From the NCBI GenBank assembly GCA_012518795.1, contig JAAYRL010000006.1:64346-128345 (forward strand): a stretch of 64,000 bases of DNA, written 5' to 3'. The notes beneath the pieces are model-generated. The model searched no databases and had not been told where the DNA came from. It saw nothing but the letters and a program-made list of their open reading frames with translations. Source of the stretch: Clostridiaceae bacterium. Lineage in GTDB: Bacteria; Bacillota; Clostridia; Saccharofermentanales; DTU023. Both the position numbers and the translations under genes were made by a program. Shown piece after piece: positions 27,450-37,436 of this stretch; the stretch's first letter is position 1, and each line of letters starts with the position of its first letter.

Positions 27450-29093
27450 CTATGAATGTCCAATGTTAATTTTAAGCTTCTTACGTAAATCGACAATTTC
27501 ACGCAAATTGATAGAAACACCTGCGATATAATACACAATCAATCCGATCACTGCCTTCACAGCATAAACGATAACTTGCATTACTTTGCCGGAAGGATAA
27601 ATCGGAATTAAGTTAATTGCGGAGAGAACCAAACCCATAACTATAAAACAATAAGCTAAGCGCAACATGAACGGAAAAATCCGATAAGGTTTAGCTTTTG
27701 GATTATGTAGCTTGTAAAGATTGTATATGATGAATGCACTGAGCACACTATAAGTAGCGTGAGCCATCGCAATGCCTTTTACCCCGAAATCGAAAACTTT
27801 GGTATATAGAACACAAAACAAAGGATTGAGGATCAATGTCAGAACACCGTTAAACAATGAAATTCTGGTGACTTTTCTCGCATAAAAGGCCTGATTGGCC
27901 ATATAGACAAATGGTTGTGTAATTAAACTAATACAGAGCCATTGTAAAATTTCTCCGGTTATTGCTACATCACTATTCTTATATTTGGCACTCCATTGAA
28001 AAATCAATTGAATTGTTTCAAAATCCAAAACAAAAAAGATCACGGCAATCGGTCCGATTAAAAACAAGGCTTGCCTGATACTTTTGGTAAATAAAGTTCT
28101 ACATTGCTGATAGTCCCGTTTCGCATAAAAGCCGGTCAAATTAGGCAACATAACCGTACCTATCGCCACTGCCACTACACCGTATGGCAACATAAATGTT
28201 TGATTCGCCTGTTGGACTGAAGTAATCGCACCGGTGAATTGATTAGTAAAAGCATTCATGATTAAACCGTTCAAATGCAGCACCGATCCGGACAATAAAG
28301 TAGGAATTGCTAAATTAAGTAATTTTTTGAAACCGGGGTCTTTATAGTCCAGATTGAATTTGAAATGCTTCAATTCTCTGCGTGCTAAAACTAATTGGAA
28401 TAAAAAATATATTAATGCAGAACCGACAACCCCCCAAGCAACTTTCTTCAAACCTGCTAAACTCTGTTCACCATAAACCAACAGAACAATCATATAAAGA
28501 ATGTTATAAATCATTACGCCAAAAGCAGCTAAACCAAAGCGTTTATACGAAGTCAAAATTCCCTGGGTTAAAGCAATTAAAGTCATGAAAAAGCACTGAA
28601 CAAGCAATATTCTTGAAACAGGAATTGCCGCATCTATAACTTCTTGTGATCTATCCGGATTTATTGCAGGCAATAACCATTGCATCAGAACTGCAGTCAA
28701 ACCTAAAACCGCTACCATGATAATCCCGGCAATACTGATGAAAATACTGACACTACGCCAAACTTCACGTTCACGATTTTGCTCTATACCACCGGATAAA
28801 GTCGGTGTAATTGCTGCTGCAACTGCACCACCCATTAATAAAGCAAATAAAAAATCCGGAATTGCAAATGCAATATAGTAGGGATCGGAATACATTCCAT
28901 AACCCAAAATCGGCACAACTAAAACTTCTCGCAAAAAACCGGTAATTTTTGCCATGAAAAGACCGATCATCGAAATCAGCGTTGCTTTTACTATTGTCTG
29001 AGAATCATTAGCTTTGATATTGTGGTTTCTTCTCAAAAGACTACCGGCACTTGGTTTATACCTTTGGGTATCTTGTTCAAAAGGGAATTCCAA
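27450..29093 (-). CDS. murJ: Lipid II flippase MurJ (MviN family)
   Basis: 547 aa, about 14 TM helices, MOP-superfamily N-terminus (FLREVLVVPILG). TTG start with AGGAGA 8 nt upstream. Confidence 0.88.
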   Translation of the reverse strand: MEFPFEQDTQRYKPSAGSLLRRNHNIKANDSQTIVKATLISMIGLFMAKITGFLREVLVVPILGYGMYSDPYYIAFAIPDFLFALLMGGAVAAAITPTLSGGIEQNREREVWRSVSIFISIAGIIMVAVLGLTAVLMQWLLPAINPDRSQEVIDAAIPVSRILLVQCFFMTLIALTQGILTSYKRFGLAAFGVMIYNILYMIVLLVYGEQSLAGLKKVAWGVVGSALIYFLFQLVLARRELKHFKFNLDYKDPGFKKLLNLAIPTLLSGSVLHLNGLIMNAFTNQFTGAITSVQQANQTFMLPYGVVAVAIGTVMLPNLTGFYAKRDYQQCRTLFTKSIRQALFLIGPIAVIFFVLDFETIQLIFQWSAKYKNSDVAITGEILQWLCISLITQPFVYMANQAFYARKVTRISLFNGVLTLILNPLFCVLYTKVFDFGVKGIAMAHATYSVLSAFIIYNLYKLHNPKAKPYRIFPFMLRLAYCFIVMGLVLSAINLIPIYPSGKVMQVIVYAVKAVIGLIVYYIAGVSINLREIVDLRKKLKINIGHS

Positions 29094-29255
29094 AGTATAC
29101 TTCTCCTAAAAACTTTTAATAAAAACTAATATACATAACATTATTATAAAAATCATTTCTTATCTTAATAATTGTATATACAACTTTATAAAATAAACTT
29201 TTAACATAGCTAAGGTATAATTCTAGCACATTTCATTGTTTAAACCGAAATTACT

Positions 29256-30497
29256 TCATTTCTTTGCTCTGATTGCTAAAATTCTTTGCATTTCATTGAA
29301 TACAATCATATAAGCTTCATCAACACCCATCCCGGGTTTTGCCAACACTTGATCCGGACAGACAGCCATTGCAACTTGCATGCAAATTCTTGCCGAAATA
29401 TCGGTTTCATTACAAGTACCGCCAATATATGCACCAATTCCGTGTTTTTTGCAGTAGAGAACCGCTTCAATCGTATTATTCAGACCCCCCAAATCCGGTG
29501 TTTTTATCTGGATCATATGACCTGCCTGAGCTTTAGCAAAGAGTTTAATATCTTCCAAGGTATTGCACCATTCATCGGCTACCAAAACTACATTCAGTTT
29601 TCTCTGATCAACAAGTTCGGTTATTTTCGCAAGATTATTTATGCATTCTTCACGACTGATACCATCTATCGGGCCTTCAACATGTAGTTTATAGGGCTCG
29701 CATATTGCCGCTAATTCAGCCAGATAATTAACAATTGCCTGATGATTTTCAATACCGAACAATTCACCAAGGGTTCCATAAACATCTATCTGAATAATTG
29801 GTTCATAGTCAGAATCATCTCTCAATTCATTGATTCTTTTAACTAACCATTGAAGATATTCTTTGAGCAGCTCGCCCTTTACACCTAGCTTAGTTGTTAC
29901 ATTATTGATCAAAGCATGTGGTAAAATCGGCACCTTTTTAATAATCATTTTATCTACGTTAATATAGCGATCATCTCCGGATTGTGTGAAAATCGGAATT
30001 AATTTTTCAGATATTTCCGTATTGTATTCTTGGGCAACAGTTTCGCAAATCATCTGTTTGTTACTCTTTGCTACTGCATCAAGAATCGCTTGAGAAAAAC
30101 CGTACCGAATTGCAGTATGTAATCTTTTACCATCAATCAGCAAATTCTCCAATTCAGCTGCCATTTCACGAAAGGTTGTGATTTCCCGGCCCTGATAAAA
30201 CGGAACTAATTTTTCTTCAATCAAAGGCAAAAAGATTTCTGCTAAGAATAATGGATCTCTGCCACCTGCACCTGAATATTGCACCGCAGCACAATCTCCT
30301 GTGGCTATTTGACCATCTTCCAAAACAAAATTTACCGAAATTGATTCACCGGCTTGGCGTACTGCAGTAAAACCTTCTAGTTCAGTTTCACCGATATAAT
30401 CGAATCCGTTGTTAATCGCTCCATGCTTTATTGCCATTTGATCATCAAAATAAAAACCCGACCGACCGGCAGAACAAACAACTTTTTTTATTTTCAT
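29256..30497 (-). CDS. mal: Methylaspartate ammonia-lyase (3-methylaspartase)
   Basis: 413 aa, near-colinear with the Clostridium tetanomorphum enzyme as I recall it (GFYFDDQ, CAAVQYSGAGGRDPLF, HTAIRYG, DKMIIK, PHALINN, VADEWCNT, GHMVQIKTPDLGG, GTCNET, LAKPGMGVDE). Confidence 0.92.
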   Translation of the reverse strand: MKIKKVVCSAGRSGFYFDDQMAIKHGAINNGFDYIGETELEGFTAVRQAGESISVNFVLEDGQIATGDCAAVQYSGAGGRDPLFLAEIFLPLIEEKLVPFYQGREITTFREMAAELENLLIDGKRLHTAIRYGFSQAILDAVAKSNKQMICETVAQEYNTEISEKLIPIFTQSGDDRYINVDKMIIKKVPILPHALINNVTTKLGVKGELLKEYLQWLVKRINELRDDSDYEPIIQIDVYGTLGELFGIENHQAIVNYLAELAAICEPYKLHVEGPIDGISREECINNLAKITELVDQRKLNVVLVADEWCNTLEDIKLFAKAQAGHMIQIKTPDLGGLNNTIEAVLYCKKHGIGAYIGGTCNETDISARICMQVAMAVCPDQVLAKPGMGVDEAYMIVFNEMQRILAIRAKK

Positions 30498-30544
30498 TAC
30501 ATTATCTCCTGAACTAGTTTTATATCACATATCACAAAATTGTG

Positions 30545-31180
30545 CTAATCGTTCAGTTGATTAATAATCATTACAGTCTCATGCTCCACACCATCTCTGA
30601 CAAATACCACTTTAATCTCATCACCGGTTTCTTTTTGTTGACAAACATTGAGCACATCTCGGATCGTTTGGATTTTTTGTTCATCAAGAAATAATATTTG
30701 ATCACTGACTAATAAACCTGCCTGATCTGCCGGGCCATCTTTTATTATCTGTTCAATAAATAATCCGTCTGCCATATTTTGTTTCATGAAAAAACTGCAA
30801 CCGAAAGGTTGACCAATTTTACTGACTATCACATGGCTGGCATCTATCGTCTGTAATTGCTTTGTATCTGCTTGTAAATATTCTTTACCCCTTCGATTGA
30901 GATTGAGTTGATTAATATGTGCCTCCGGGAAGTAATAAGATATAAATAATAAACCGCAAAACAAACTGACAAACAATAAAACGCCGAAAACGATCCACAA
31001 AATATTGTTTGATTTTTGATTTCCTTTATTCTTTTCATTGCTATTCGAATTTTGTTCAGGACTAAAATAACAGTAATTGCCGTCCAAATTTACGGTTGGA
31101 TATTTTTTCGGCTCCGGCTCTGAACTATAAAAATTATATTTATCGGTTATATTTGATTTAAAATGCTTTGTATCTTTCAT
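30545..31180 (-). CDS. Membrane-anchored PDZ-domain protein
   Basis: One TM helix (ILWIVFGVLLFVSLFCGLLFISYYF) and a C-terminal PDZ-like segment (IIKDGPADQAGLLVSDQILFLDEQKI). Confidence 0.75.
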   Translation of the reverse strand: MKDTKHFKSNITDKYNFYSSEPEPKKYPTVNLDGNYCYFSPEQNSNSNEKNKGNQKSNNILWIVFGVLLFVSLFCGLLFISYYFPEAHINQLNLNRRGKEYLQADTKQLQTIDASHVIVSKIGQPFGCSFFMKQNMADGLFIEQIIKDGPADQAGLLVSDQILFLDEQKIQTIRDVLNVCQQKETGDEIKVVFVRDGVEHETVMIINQLND

Positions 31181-31183
31181 ATG

Positions 31184-31237
31184 ATTAGCCTGATACTCAT
31201 AATTAGCCTGATACTCATAATTAGCCTGATACTCAGT
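31184..31237. repeat. 18-bp tandem repeat x3 (attagcctgatactcata), 3 nt upstream of the PDZ gene start
   Basis: Units at 31184-31201, 31202-31219 and 31220-31237 (the last unit has 2 mismatches). Confidence 0.9.
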
Positions 31238-31406
31238 AAATAATTACAATCAGAATACGATTCCGATTTGTAATTTGGAACAAAACAAACCAAACAAAAA
31301 TGTATTAATATGAAAAAAATGTGAATTTTTACAGAAGTGACAATATTGCAACTTTTACTACCCTTTTTTAATATAAAGTTGTTTTGTTATCACCAAATAG
31401 TTCTTT

Positions 31407-32006
31407 TTATATTTTTGCACTATGCCATTTTTTATAAATCATTTTGTCGATGAAACGTTGCAATGTTCTGAATAACATCACATATGCCAAGGGAACAAAA
31501 ATTGCTACGAACAAAATTACAAGAACCATTAAACCGCCAATAATGATACCTCCCAGTACTGATGCAATTGTACTGCCCAATCCGCCTAAAAACGTAAACA
31601 ATTCACCGCTAAAAGTCATCACTCGGTCAAATATATTTAGAAAAAAAGCGGGAATGCTCTCTTTATCAAAAGTAACTTGACCTGAAACAATCTGCACAAA
31701 ACCAAAAATAAGAAAAATATATTGCAATATATAACCGAGCAAAATTAAAAACTTGATCAAGAAATTGTGTTTATGATATTGTGCTGCCACAAAAGGCAAA
31801 CCGACAAGCAAAATCAGACCCAGCAATAAATTAAGCCAAAAAGGCAGTATAAACAATTTTTCAGAAAATTCGGGAAATATGAAATTAACAATACTTAACA
31901 AAAAAATTACAAAACCAAGCATCAAGAAAAAAAACTTGCGCGATTTGTCCTCGAAATTTGAATCGGTCCAATATTTTCCTAAAAAGAAGCCTTCCCAAAA
32001 ATCCAT
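31407..32006 (-). CDS. Hypothetical polytopic membrane protein (199 aa)
   Basis: 4-5 hydrophobic helices; GGAGA SD. No family recognised. Confidence 0.7.
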   Translation of the reverse strand: MDFWEGFFLGKYWTDSNFEDKSRKFFFLMLGFVIFLLSIVNFIFPEFSEKLFILPFWLNLLLGLILLVGLPFVAAQYHKHNFLIKFLILLGYILQYIFLIFGFVQIVSGQVTFDKESIPAFFLNIFDRVMTFSGELFTFLGGLGSTIASVLGGIIIGGLMVLVILFVAIFVPLAYVMLFRTLQRFIDKMIYKKWHSAKI

Positions 32007-32020
32007 TATTTGTCTCCAAA

Positions 32021-32398
32021 TTATAATGTAAAATCTCGATTTCCGGCTTTTTCAATTGCTTTGACTAAATCTTGCCAGATTTCAGTATCAGTATCGTAAC
32101 CACTAATCTCTATTGTATTATTATCATTACCCGCTTGAACATTCCACACATAATGTTGCGGTGTATCAGTTGTTTTGTCTTCTTTATTTCGATTCTCCGT
32201 AATAAATCGAGATAAAACATCATATAATGGTTGCATTTGATTCTTGGGTAAACCACGCACAAAATTATTAAACCAACGGTTACTATCTTTCCAGGATAAT
32301 ACATTTGTTTTAAAATTCAGCTTTACCATGATATATCCTTTGCGATAAGCAGATAACTCACATATAGCCCAATTAAACATCAACTTATCTTCTGCCAT
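32021..32398 (-). CDS. Hypothetical small protein (102-125 aa)
   Basis: ORF with plausible coding composition. The internal ATG at 32329 (MVKLNFK) has an AAAGGA SD and may be the true start. Confidence 0.55.
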   Translation of the reverse strand: MAEDKLMFNWAICELSAYRKGYIMVKLNFKTNVLSWKDSNRWFNNFVRGLPKNQMQPLYDVLSRFITENRNKEDKTTDTPQHYVWNVQAGNDNNTIEISGYDTDTEIWQDLVKAIEKAGNRDFTL

Positions 32399-32501
32399 TA
32401 AATAACCCTATCTAAATTTACCGTATCCGCAGACTCTCTAACCAATCATAGAAAACTTCAAAGCATCACGGAAGTATTTTTCTATATCAACTATATCTCG
32501 A

Positions 32502-32963
32502 TTATGCCAAATCAGGAAACCCTTGTTGACGTAAAGCTTCATATAGTACAATCGAAACCGAATTTGCTAAATTTAAAGAACGTTTGTTATCTGCCATTGG
32601 TATTCTAATACAACGTTCCGGATGAGTAAACAAAATTTCTTCCGGTAATCCTTTGTCTTCTTTACCAAAAAACAAAACACAATCTTTATTATATTGTACA
32701 TCAGAATATAGTTGTTTGCCTTTGGTTGTCACATAAAAAATTTGCTGCTCAGAAAAAGCAGGCAAACAATGATCCAAATCCTGCCATAATTCTACATTAA
32801 GATCAAACCAATAATCCAAACCGGCACGTTTTAAATCACGATCCGACAAAGAGAATCCAAGCGGTTCAACTAAATGTAATTGCGAATTAGTTGCAACACA
32901 AGTACGTGCAATATTTCCTGTATTCGGAGGTATGACCGGTTCTACTAAAACAATATGTATCAT
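32502..32963 (-). CDS. trmL: tRNA (cytidine/uridine(34)-2'-O)-methyltransferase, SpoU/TrmL family
   Basis: 153 aa: MIHIVLVEPVIPPNTGNIARTC, LFFGKEDKGLP, NLANSVSIVLYEA (SPOUT knot motifs). Confidence 0.9.
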   Translation of the reverse strand: MIHIVLVEPVIPPNTGNIARTCVATNSQLHLVEPLGFSLSDRDLKRAGLDYWFDLNVELWQDLDHCLPAFSEQQIFYVTTKGKQLYSDVQYNKDCVLFFGKEDKGLPEEILFTHPERCIRIPMADNKRSLNLANSVSIVLYEALRQQGFPDLA

Positions 32964-33091
32964 TATTCCTCTCTTAATAGCCGATTTTTGCTATTTATAT
33001 TCTTATGGCAGATTTGGTTTTAAATATTTTATTAATTTAAGAAAGTGCGGTTTGTCAGTTTCACTTCTCTGTTTGATTTAAATTCATCAAC

Positions 33092-33973
33092 TTAGTTGAT
33101 TATATAATCATCCGGAATTAAAAATATATCCATTTTATCAGGAAAATAGTTTTTTAATGCTGAAATTACGACTTGTAATTTCAGTTGATTGTTTTCGAAA
33201 GTTCTGCTTCCAAAAACAGAATCTTGATCAAAGTAATAACGTACGAAAGTTTTATTATCTTTCGTATATTCTTCAAATTCAACCTCACGACCTCTAAAGA
33301 TAGCTTTTCCGGAACCAACATAATAAAGTAATTCTGCCTGCTCATATATCTGTTCAAATGAATCCTTTGAAATAATATCACCTTGGGCAACTTCTTTAGA
33401 AATAGGATTCGCAATCTTATTCTCACGATCCAACTCATAATATATATCTTTTGCTGTAGATACTATCTCTACACTATCGGATTCATTTCCTATCTTAGTA
33501 TATGTACGACCGATTTCATCGATTGCAATAATTACTTCCTGTGATTTGTTTTCAGGTAGAGTTGTCAATTTATATTCATAATATACCGGAATAGTTGAAA
33601 AGGTTTTAAAAAATCGAAGTGCTTCTCGACCTGATACTCCCTGTTCTGCCTGAGATATTATAATTTCTTTTAAAGGACTGTCCGGTTCTTCTTCATAATC
33701 AAAATCAGGTGCTAAAACCGGCGCATTTTCCAAGGTCGGAGAGCTCTTACTTTGTTTGGTTTCCAGTTCAGACGTTTTTCCATCAACATCAGCTTTATCT
33801 AATGATTCATCTGCGGAAACTTGTTCTGATGAGTCAGTTTTAACCTCTGCTCCCGATATTATATCAGTCTGTTCTTCAGTTTCTTCTTTTTCATTAGATT
33901 TGCTGCATGAGGTTAAACACAATATTAAACTCAAAACTACTATTATCTGAATCAAGTATTTTCTTCTTTTCAT
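33092..33973 (-). CDS. Hypothetical lipoprotein
   Basis: Signal peptide with lipobox LTSC (MKRRKYLIQIIVVLSLILCLTSCSK) and an acidic linker. Start moved to the ATG at 33973 (GAGG SD). Confidence 0.75.
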   Translation of the reverse strand: MKRRKYLIQIIVVLSLILCLTSCSKSNEKEETEEQTDIISGAEVKTDSSEQVSADESLDKADVDGKTSELETKQSKSSPTLENAPVLAPDFDYEEEPDSPLKEIIISQAEQGVSGREALRFFKTFSTIPVYYEYKLTTLPENKSQEVIIAIDEIGRTYTKIGNESDSVEIVSTAKDIYYELDRENKIANPISKEVAQGDIISKDSFEQIYEQAELLYYVGSGKAIFRGREVEFEEYTKDNKTFVRYYFDQDSVFGSRTFENNQLKLQVVISALKNYFPDKMDIFLIPDDYIIN

Positions 33974-34022
33974 AACAACCTCAAATATAACCAAATTGTT
34001 CTGTTAAGTTAAAAAGAGCCGA

Positions 34023-36173
34023 TTATTCAATAGTACTGGTTTGATTTGGATCTACAGATTCAGGTGGTGAATAGGCACCATCAGCATAAATTGTTTCATA
34101 CATCAGCTTCGTGGTTAAAGTACCATATCCTACACCAAAATAATGCGAATTAAAATCAATCGTACACAATACCATATTCCGCTGATTTTGGTCATAAGAA
34201 ACAAGCCAGCTATTTTCTTTCATACGTCCTAATTCAAGGTCTTCCCCTACTTCAGCAGTACCTGTTTTACCTGCTATATTTACGTTAGGCATGATTAAAT
34301 CAGTATAAGTTCTGGTAATAACTGAACGTAAACTCTTATCAAGATAGAGAATGTTTTCATGAGAGGTAATATTTTGTGTAATCAATTCCGGTTCAGTCGT
34401 AAGTAAAAGACGTGGTCTGTACCAAATACCGTCATTAGCCACCGCACCGTATATCGAAGATAAATGGACCGGAGAAATCAATAATTCACCCTGACCATAA
34501 CCGGCATCAGCTAAAAGGATTGTATTGTCATTAACCGGTCCTTCATTAGTAATTTGAGCAATTCCAAAGGGATAATCATTGGAAATCGGTTCACCGAACA
34601 TCAAATTGCTCATTTGTTCGTTAAAAGCATCAAAACCCATATCTAAAGCTACCCGGGCAAAATAAATATTATCCGAAGTAACAATTGCATTATCTAAGTC
34701 CATAATTCCGTTAATTACTTGAAAACGGATTACCTGATATTTCCCCCAAGATTCATCATAGGTCCAACCTTTACCCTGAATATCATAGGTTGTATTCAAG
34801 CTCAATGTTCCGGCATTTAAACCGGCAATTGCCGTAACAAGTTTCTCTGCGGACCCCGGGATCATCGCCTGATCAAATTTTCCAAATAAAGGATTCAGCG
34901 GATTGTCGAGTAATTCCTGATATTTTTCCTGACTGATACCTAAAACAAAATCATGCGGATCGTAAGAAGGCGTACTGACTAAAGCAAGTATATCTCCATT
35001 ACGAGGATCCAGGGCACTGAATGCAGCATCTTTATCTTTAGCCGCTTCATAAATTGTTTTCTGAAGTGTTGAATCAATTGTCAAGTAAAGATCTTGGCCG
35101 TTTACTACCTCTTTCTCCAAGAGAATTTGTTCATAATCTCCGGTTACCACTAGTCTAAATCCGTGTTCGCCACGTAATTCTTTATCATAAATTGCTTCAA
35201 TTCCGGTTTTTCCAATGTAATCCTGGCCTGTCATACCGGCATATTCTTCTTTTTCCAAATCTTCAGCAGTTACATATCCTACATAACCTATCAAATGAGC
35301 CCCGGCTTCACCTAAAGGATAAGATCTGGTTTCTACCGGCTCTATTCTCACTCCGAGATCAGCTGCTCCGGTCTTCTGCTCTTCGGATAAAACCGTCATT
35401 GTTTTCAACGGCACAAATGTATCACCTTTTACCCAATCCAACTCAAGTTGGGTTTGAATATAGCCTTCCGGAAGTTCGTACAATTCTTCAATTGCCGGAA
35501 TATAAGATTCTTTCAGATTATCAGGTACTATTCCTATACGATTGATATAACCTCTAATTGCTAAAGGATTTCCTTCACGATCATAGATATTACCGCGCGT
35601 TGCACGTATCGGTTGAATTTGCACAAGACCCTGATCATGTAAACCCGGCAAAATAACACTTGGAGCCCAGTCTAATTGCCACCGATTAGCATTCGGATGA
35701 AAAATAAAGTTGTAGGTAACTCGCTTTTCAATGTCACCAAATGTCGTTTTGTAGACAGCATTCCCCTGATAAGAAACAGTGCCTTCTTTTTCCGTATTAC
35801 CCAAAGCACTGAAATCTGATAATTCAATACTTTCTAATCCTATTCCGCTATGAATTTTATTATTTCTTTCTACAATCTGTTCTCTGCCGTATTTTTCAAT
35901 AGCATTCGGATGAATCCATTCCATAAGTAATTCCGGATCATCAGCTTCGATTAATTCAATTATCCGATCAACTTGAGTTTTCGAATCAGAAATATCAGTG
36001 ACCGATCCGACTTGATTTCCGGCATTTGAATCGTTATTAGAAGAATCAACGTCTGTTGCCTGATTTTTGTTTTTGTCCGAATTACTGCCAAAAATATTCA
36101 AGCTGTCACAGGAGACTAAACTGAGTAATAGAATAATTATAAAAAAATATGAAAAAAATCGTCTTTTCACCAT
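34023..36173 (-). CDS. Class B penicillin-binding protein with an NTF2-like (MecA_N-type) N-terminal domain and a lipobox signal peptide
   Basis: Lipobox LVSC. NTF2-like segment ending WQLDWAPSVILPG. Transpeptidase motifs SAEK (SxxK), SDN and KTGTAE. Confidence 0.9.
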   Translation of the reverse strand: MVKRRFFSYFFIIILLLSLVSCDSLNIFGSNSDKNKNQATDVDSSNNDSNAGNQVGSVTDISDSKTQVDRIIELIEADDPELLMEWIHPNAIEKYGREQIVERNNKIHSGIGLESIELSDFSALGNTEKEGTVSYQGNAVYKTTFGDIEKRVTYNFIFHPNANRWQLDWAPSVILPGLHDQGLVQIQPIRATRGNIYDREGNPLAIRGYINRIGIVPDNLKESYIPAIEELYELPEGYIQTQLELDWVKGDTFVPLKTMTVLSEEQKTGAADLGVRIEPVETRSYPLGEAGAHLIGYVGYVTAEDLEKEEYAGMTGQDYIGKTGIEAIYDKELRGEHGFRLVVTGDYEQILLEKEVVNGQDLYLTIDSTLQKTIYEAAKDKDAAFSALDPRNGDILALVSTPSYDPHDFVLGISQEKYQELLDNPLNPLFGKFDQAMIPGSAEKLVTAIAGLNAGTLSLNTTYDIQGKGWTYDESWGKYQVIRFQVINGIMDLDNAIVTSDNIYFARVALDMGFDAFNEQMSNLMFGEPISNDYPFGIAQITNEGPVNDNTILLADAGYGQGELLISPVHLSSIYGAVANDGIWYRPRLLLTTEPELITQNITSHENILYLDKSLRSVITRTYTDLIMPNVNIAGKTGTAEVGEDLELGRMKENSWLVSYDQNQRNMVLCTIDFNSHYFGVGYGTLTTKLMYETIYADGAYSPPESVDPNQTSTIE

Positions 36174-36244
36174 GTATCTCCTTTTCAGAAATCAGTAGCT
36201 ATTTGCAAGTTAAAGTAAAATTAAAATAAAATCTGTACTAATGT

Positions 36245-37360
36245 TTAATTAAATGCTGAAGCAATTAATGCTTCAACTAATTCGAGTGAAGAATATCCTG
36301 ATTCTTCCATTAATTTCGGATACATACTGATAGCGGTAAATCCGGGCATTGTATTTATTTCATTGATTAAAATACGGTCGGTGGATTCCTCCAGGAAAAA
36401 ATCTGCCCTGCATAAACCTTTGCCGTCTACTGTACGAAAAGCCAGTTTCGCATATTGATTTATTTTTTCAATATGTTGAGGATCAAGTTCTGCCGGAATA
36501 ATCAATTTTGATCCATCAGAAATATATTTCGATTCAAAATCATAAAATTCCCGATCCGGTATAATTTCACCGGGAACAGAAACAAATAAATTGCGATCAG
36601 AATCAGTTAATTCCAGAACTGCTACTTCAATTTCTCTGCCGACAATTGCCTGTTCCAAAACAGCTTTATCATCATGTTCAAATGCTATTGTTAAAGACTC
36701 AAATAATTCTTGGTCCGAATCAGCTTTGGTTATTCCAACCGAAGAACCCGCATTTGCAGGTTTTATAAAGATCGGATAAGTCAAAACTTCTTTAATTGCT
36801 TGAATAGCCAAATTCGGATCCGCATCAAACTTTCTCTTTTTTAACCAAGTCCAATTCGCCTGAGGTATTCCAACCGTATCAAACATATTGCGTGAAGCAA
36901 CCTTATCCATTGCTATCGAGCTTGCAAGAACTCCGCAACCGACAAAAGGTGTATTAAGTAATTCAAATAAACCTTGTACGGTTCCGTCTTCACCCATTTT
37001 TCCATGGAGTACCGGAAAAAATACATCGACTGCAATCCAAGTTAATTTAGTATTATCAGAATCATTTTGAGTTTTCGAATCATATCGATCACAAAGATAA
37101 AAACCTTGCCCCTGATGTCCGGGTTTAAATAATACTTCTTTAATTGATTCATGTCCCAACCAAGTTCCGTCGGAAATCAAATCAATCGGTCCGTCATAAT
37201 ACATAAATTCGCCATTTTTGGTAATTCCGATTAAGTGTAAATCTTTGACATCAGATTGTTGCAGAACACTAATAATATAAGAAACCGATTGACGAGAAAT
37301 ATCATGTTCATTACTTTGTCCGCCGAATAATACACAAACCTTTATCTGACTAATATCCAT
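36245..37360 (-). CDS. ddl: D-alanine--D-alanine ligase
   Basis: VLFGGQSNEHDIS, HGKMGEDGTVQG, ATP-grasp C-terminus (NEINTMPGFT). Confidence 0.95.
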   Translation of the reverse strand: MDISQIKVCVLFGGQSNEHDISRQSVSYIISVLQQSDVKDLHLIGITKNGEFMYYDGPIDLISDGTWLGHESIKEVLFKPGHQGQGFYLCDRYDSKTQNDSDNTKLTWIAVDVFFPVLHGKMGEDGTVQGLFELLNTPFVGCGVLASSIAMDKVASRNMFDTVGIPQANWTWLKKRKFDADPNLAIQAIKEVLTYPIFIKPANAGSSVGITKADSDQELFESLTIAFEHDDKAVLEQAIVGREIEVAVLELTDSDRNLFVSVPGEIIPDREFYDFESKYISDGSKLIIPAELDPQHIEKINQYAKLAFRTVDGKGLCRADFFLEESTDRILINEINTMPGFTAISMYPKLMEESGYSSLELVEALIASAFN

Positions 37361-37436
37361 CTGTTTTCCTTAATCAATTCCTGAGTATTCTGTTGTTCTC
37401 ACAAATTAACAACCAAATTCGAATTGTGATCCAATT

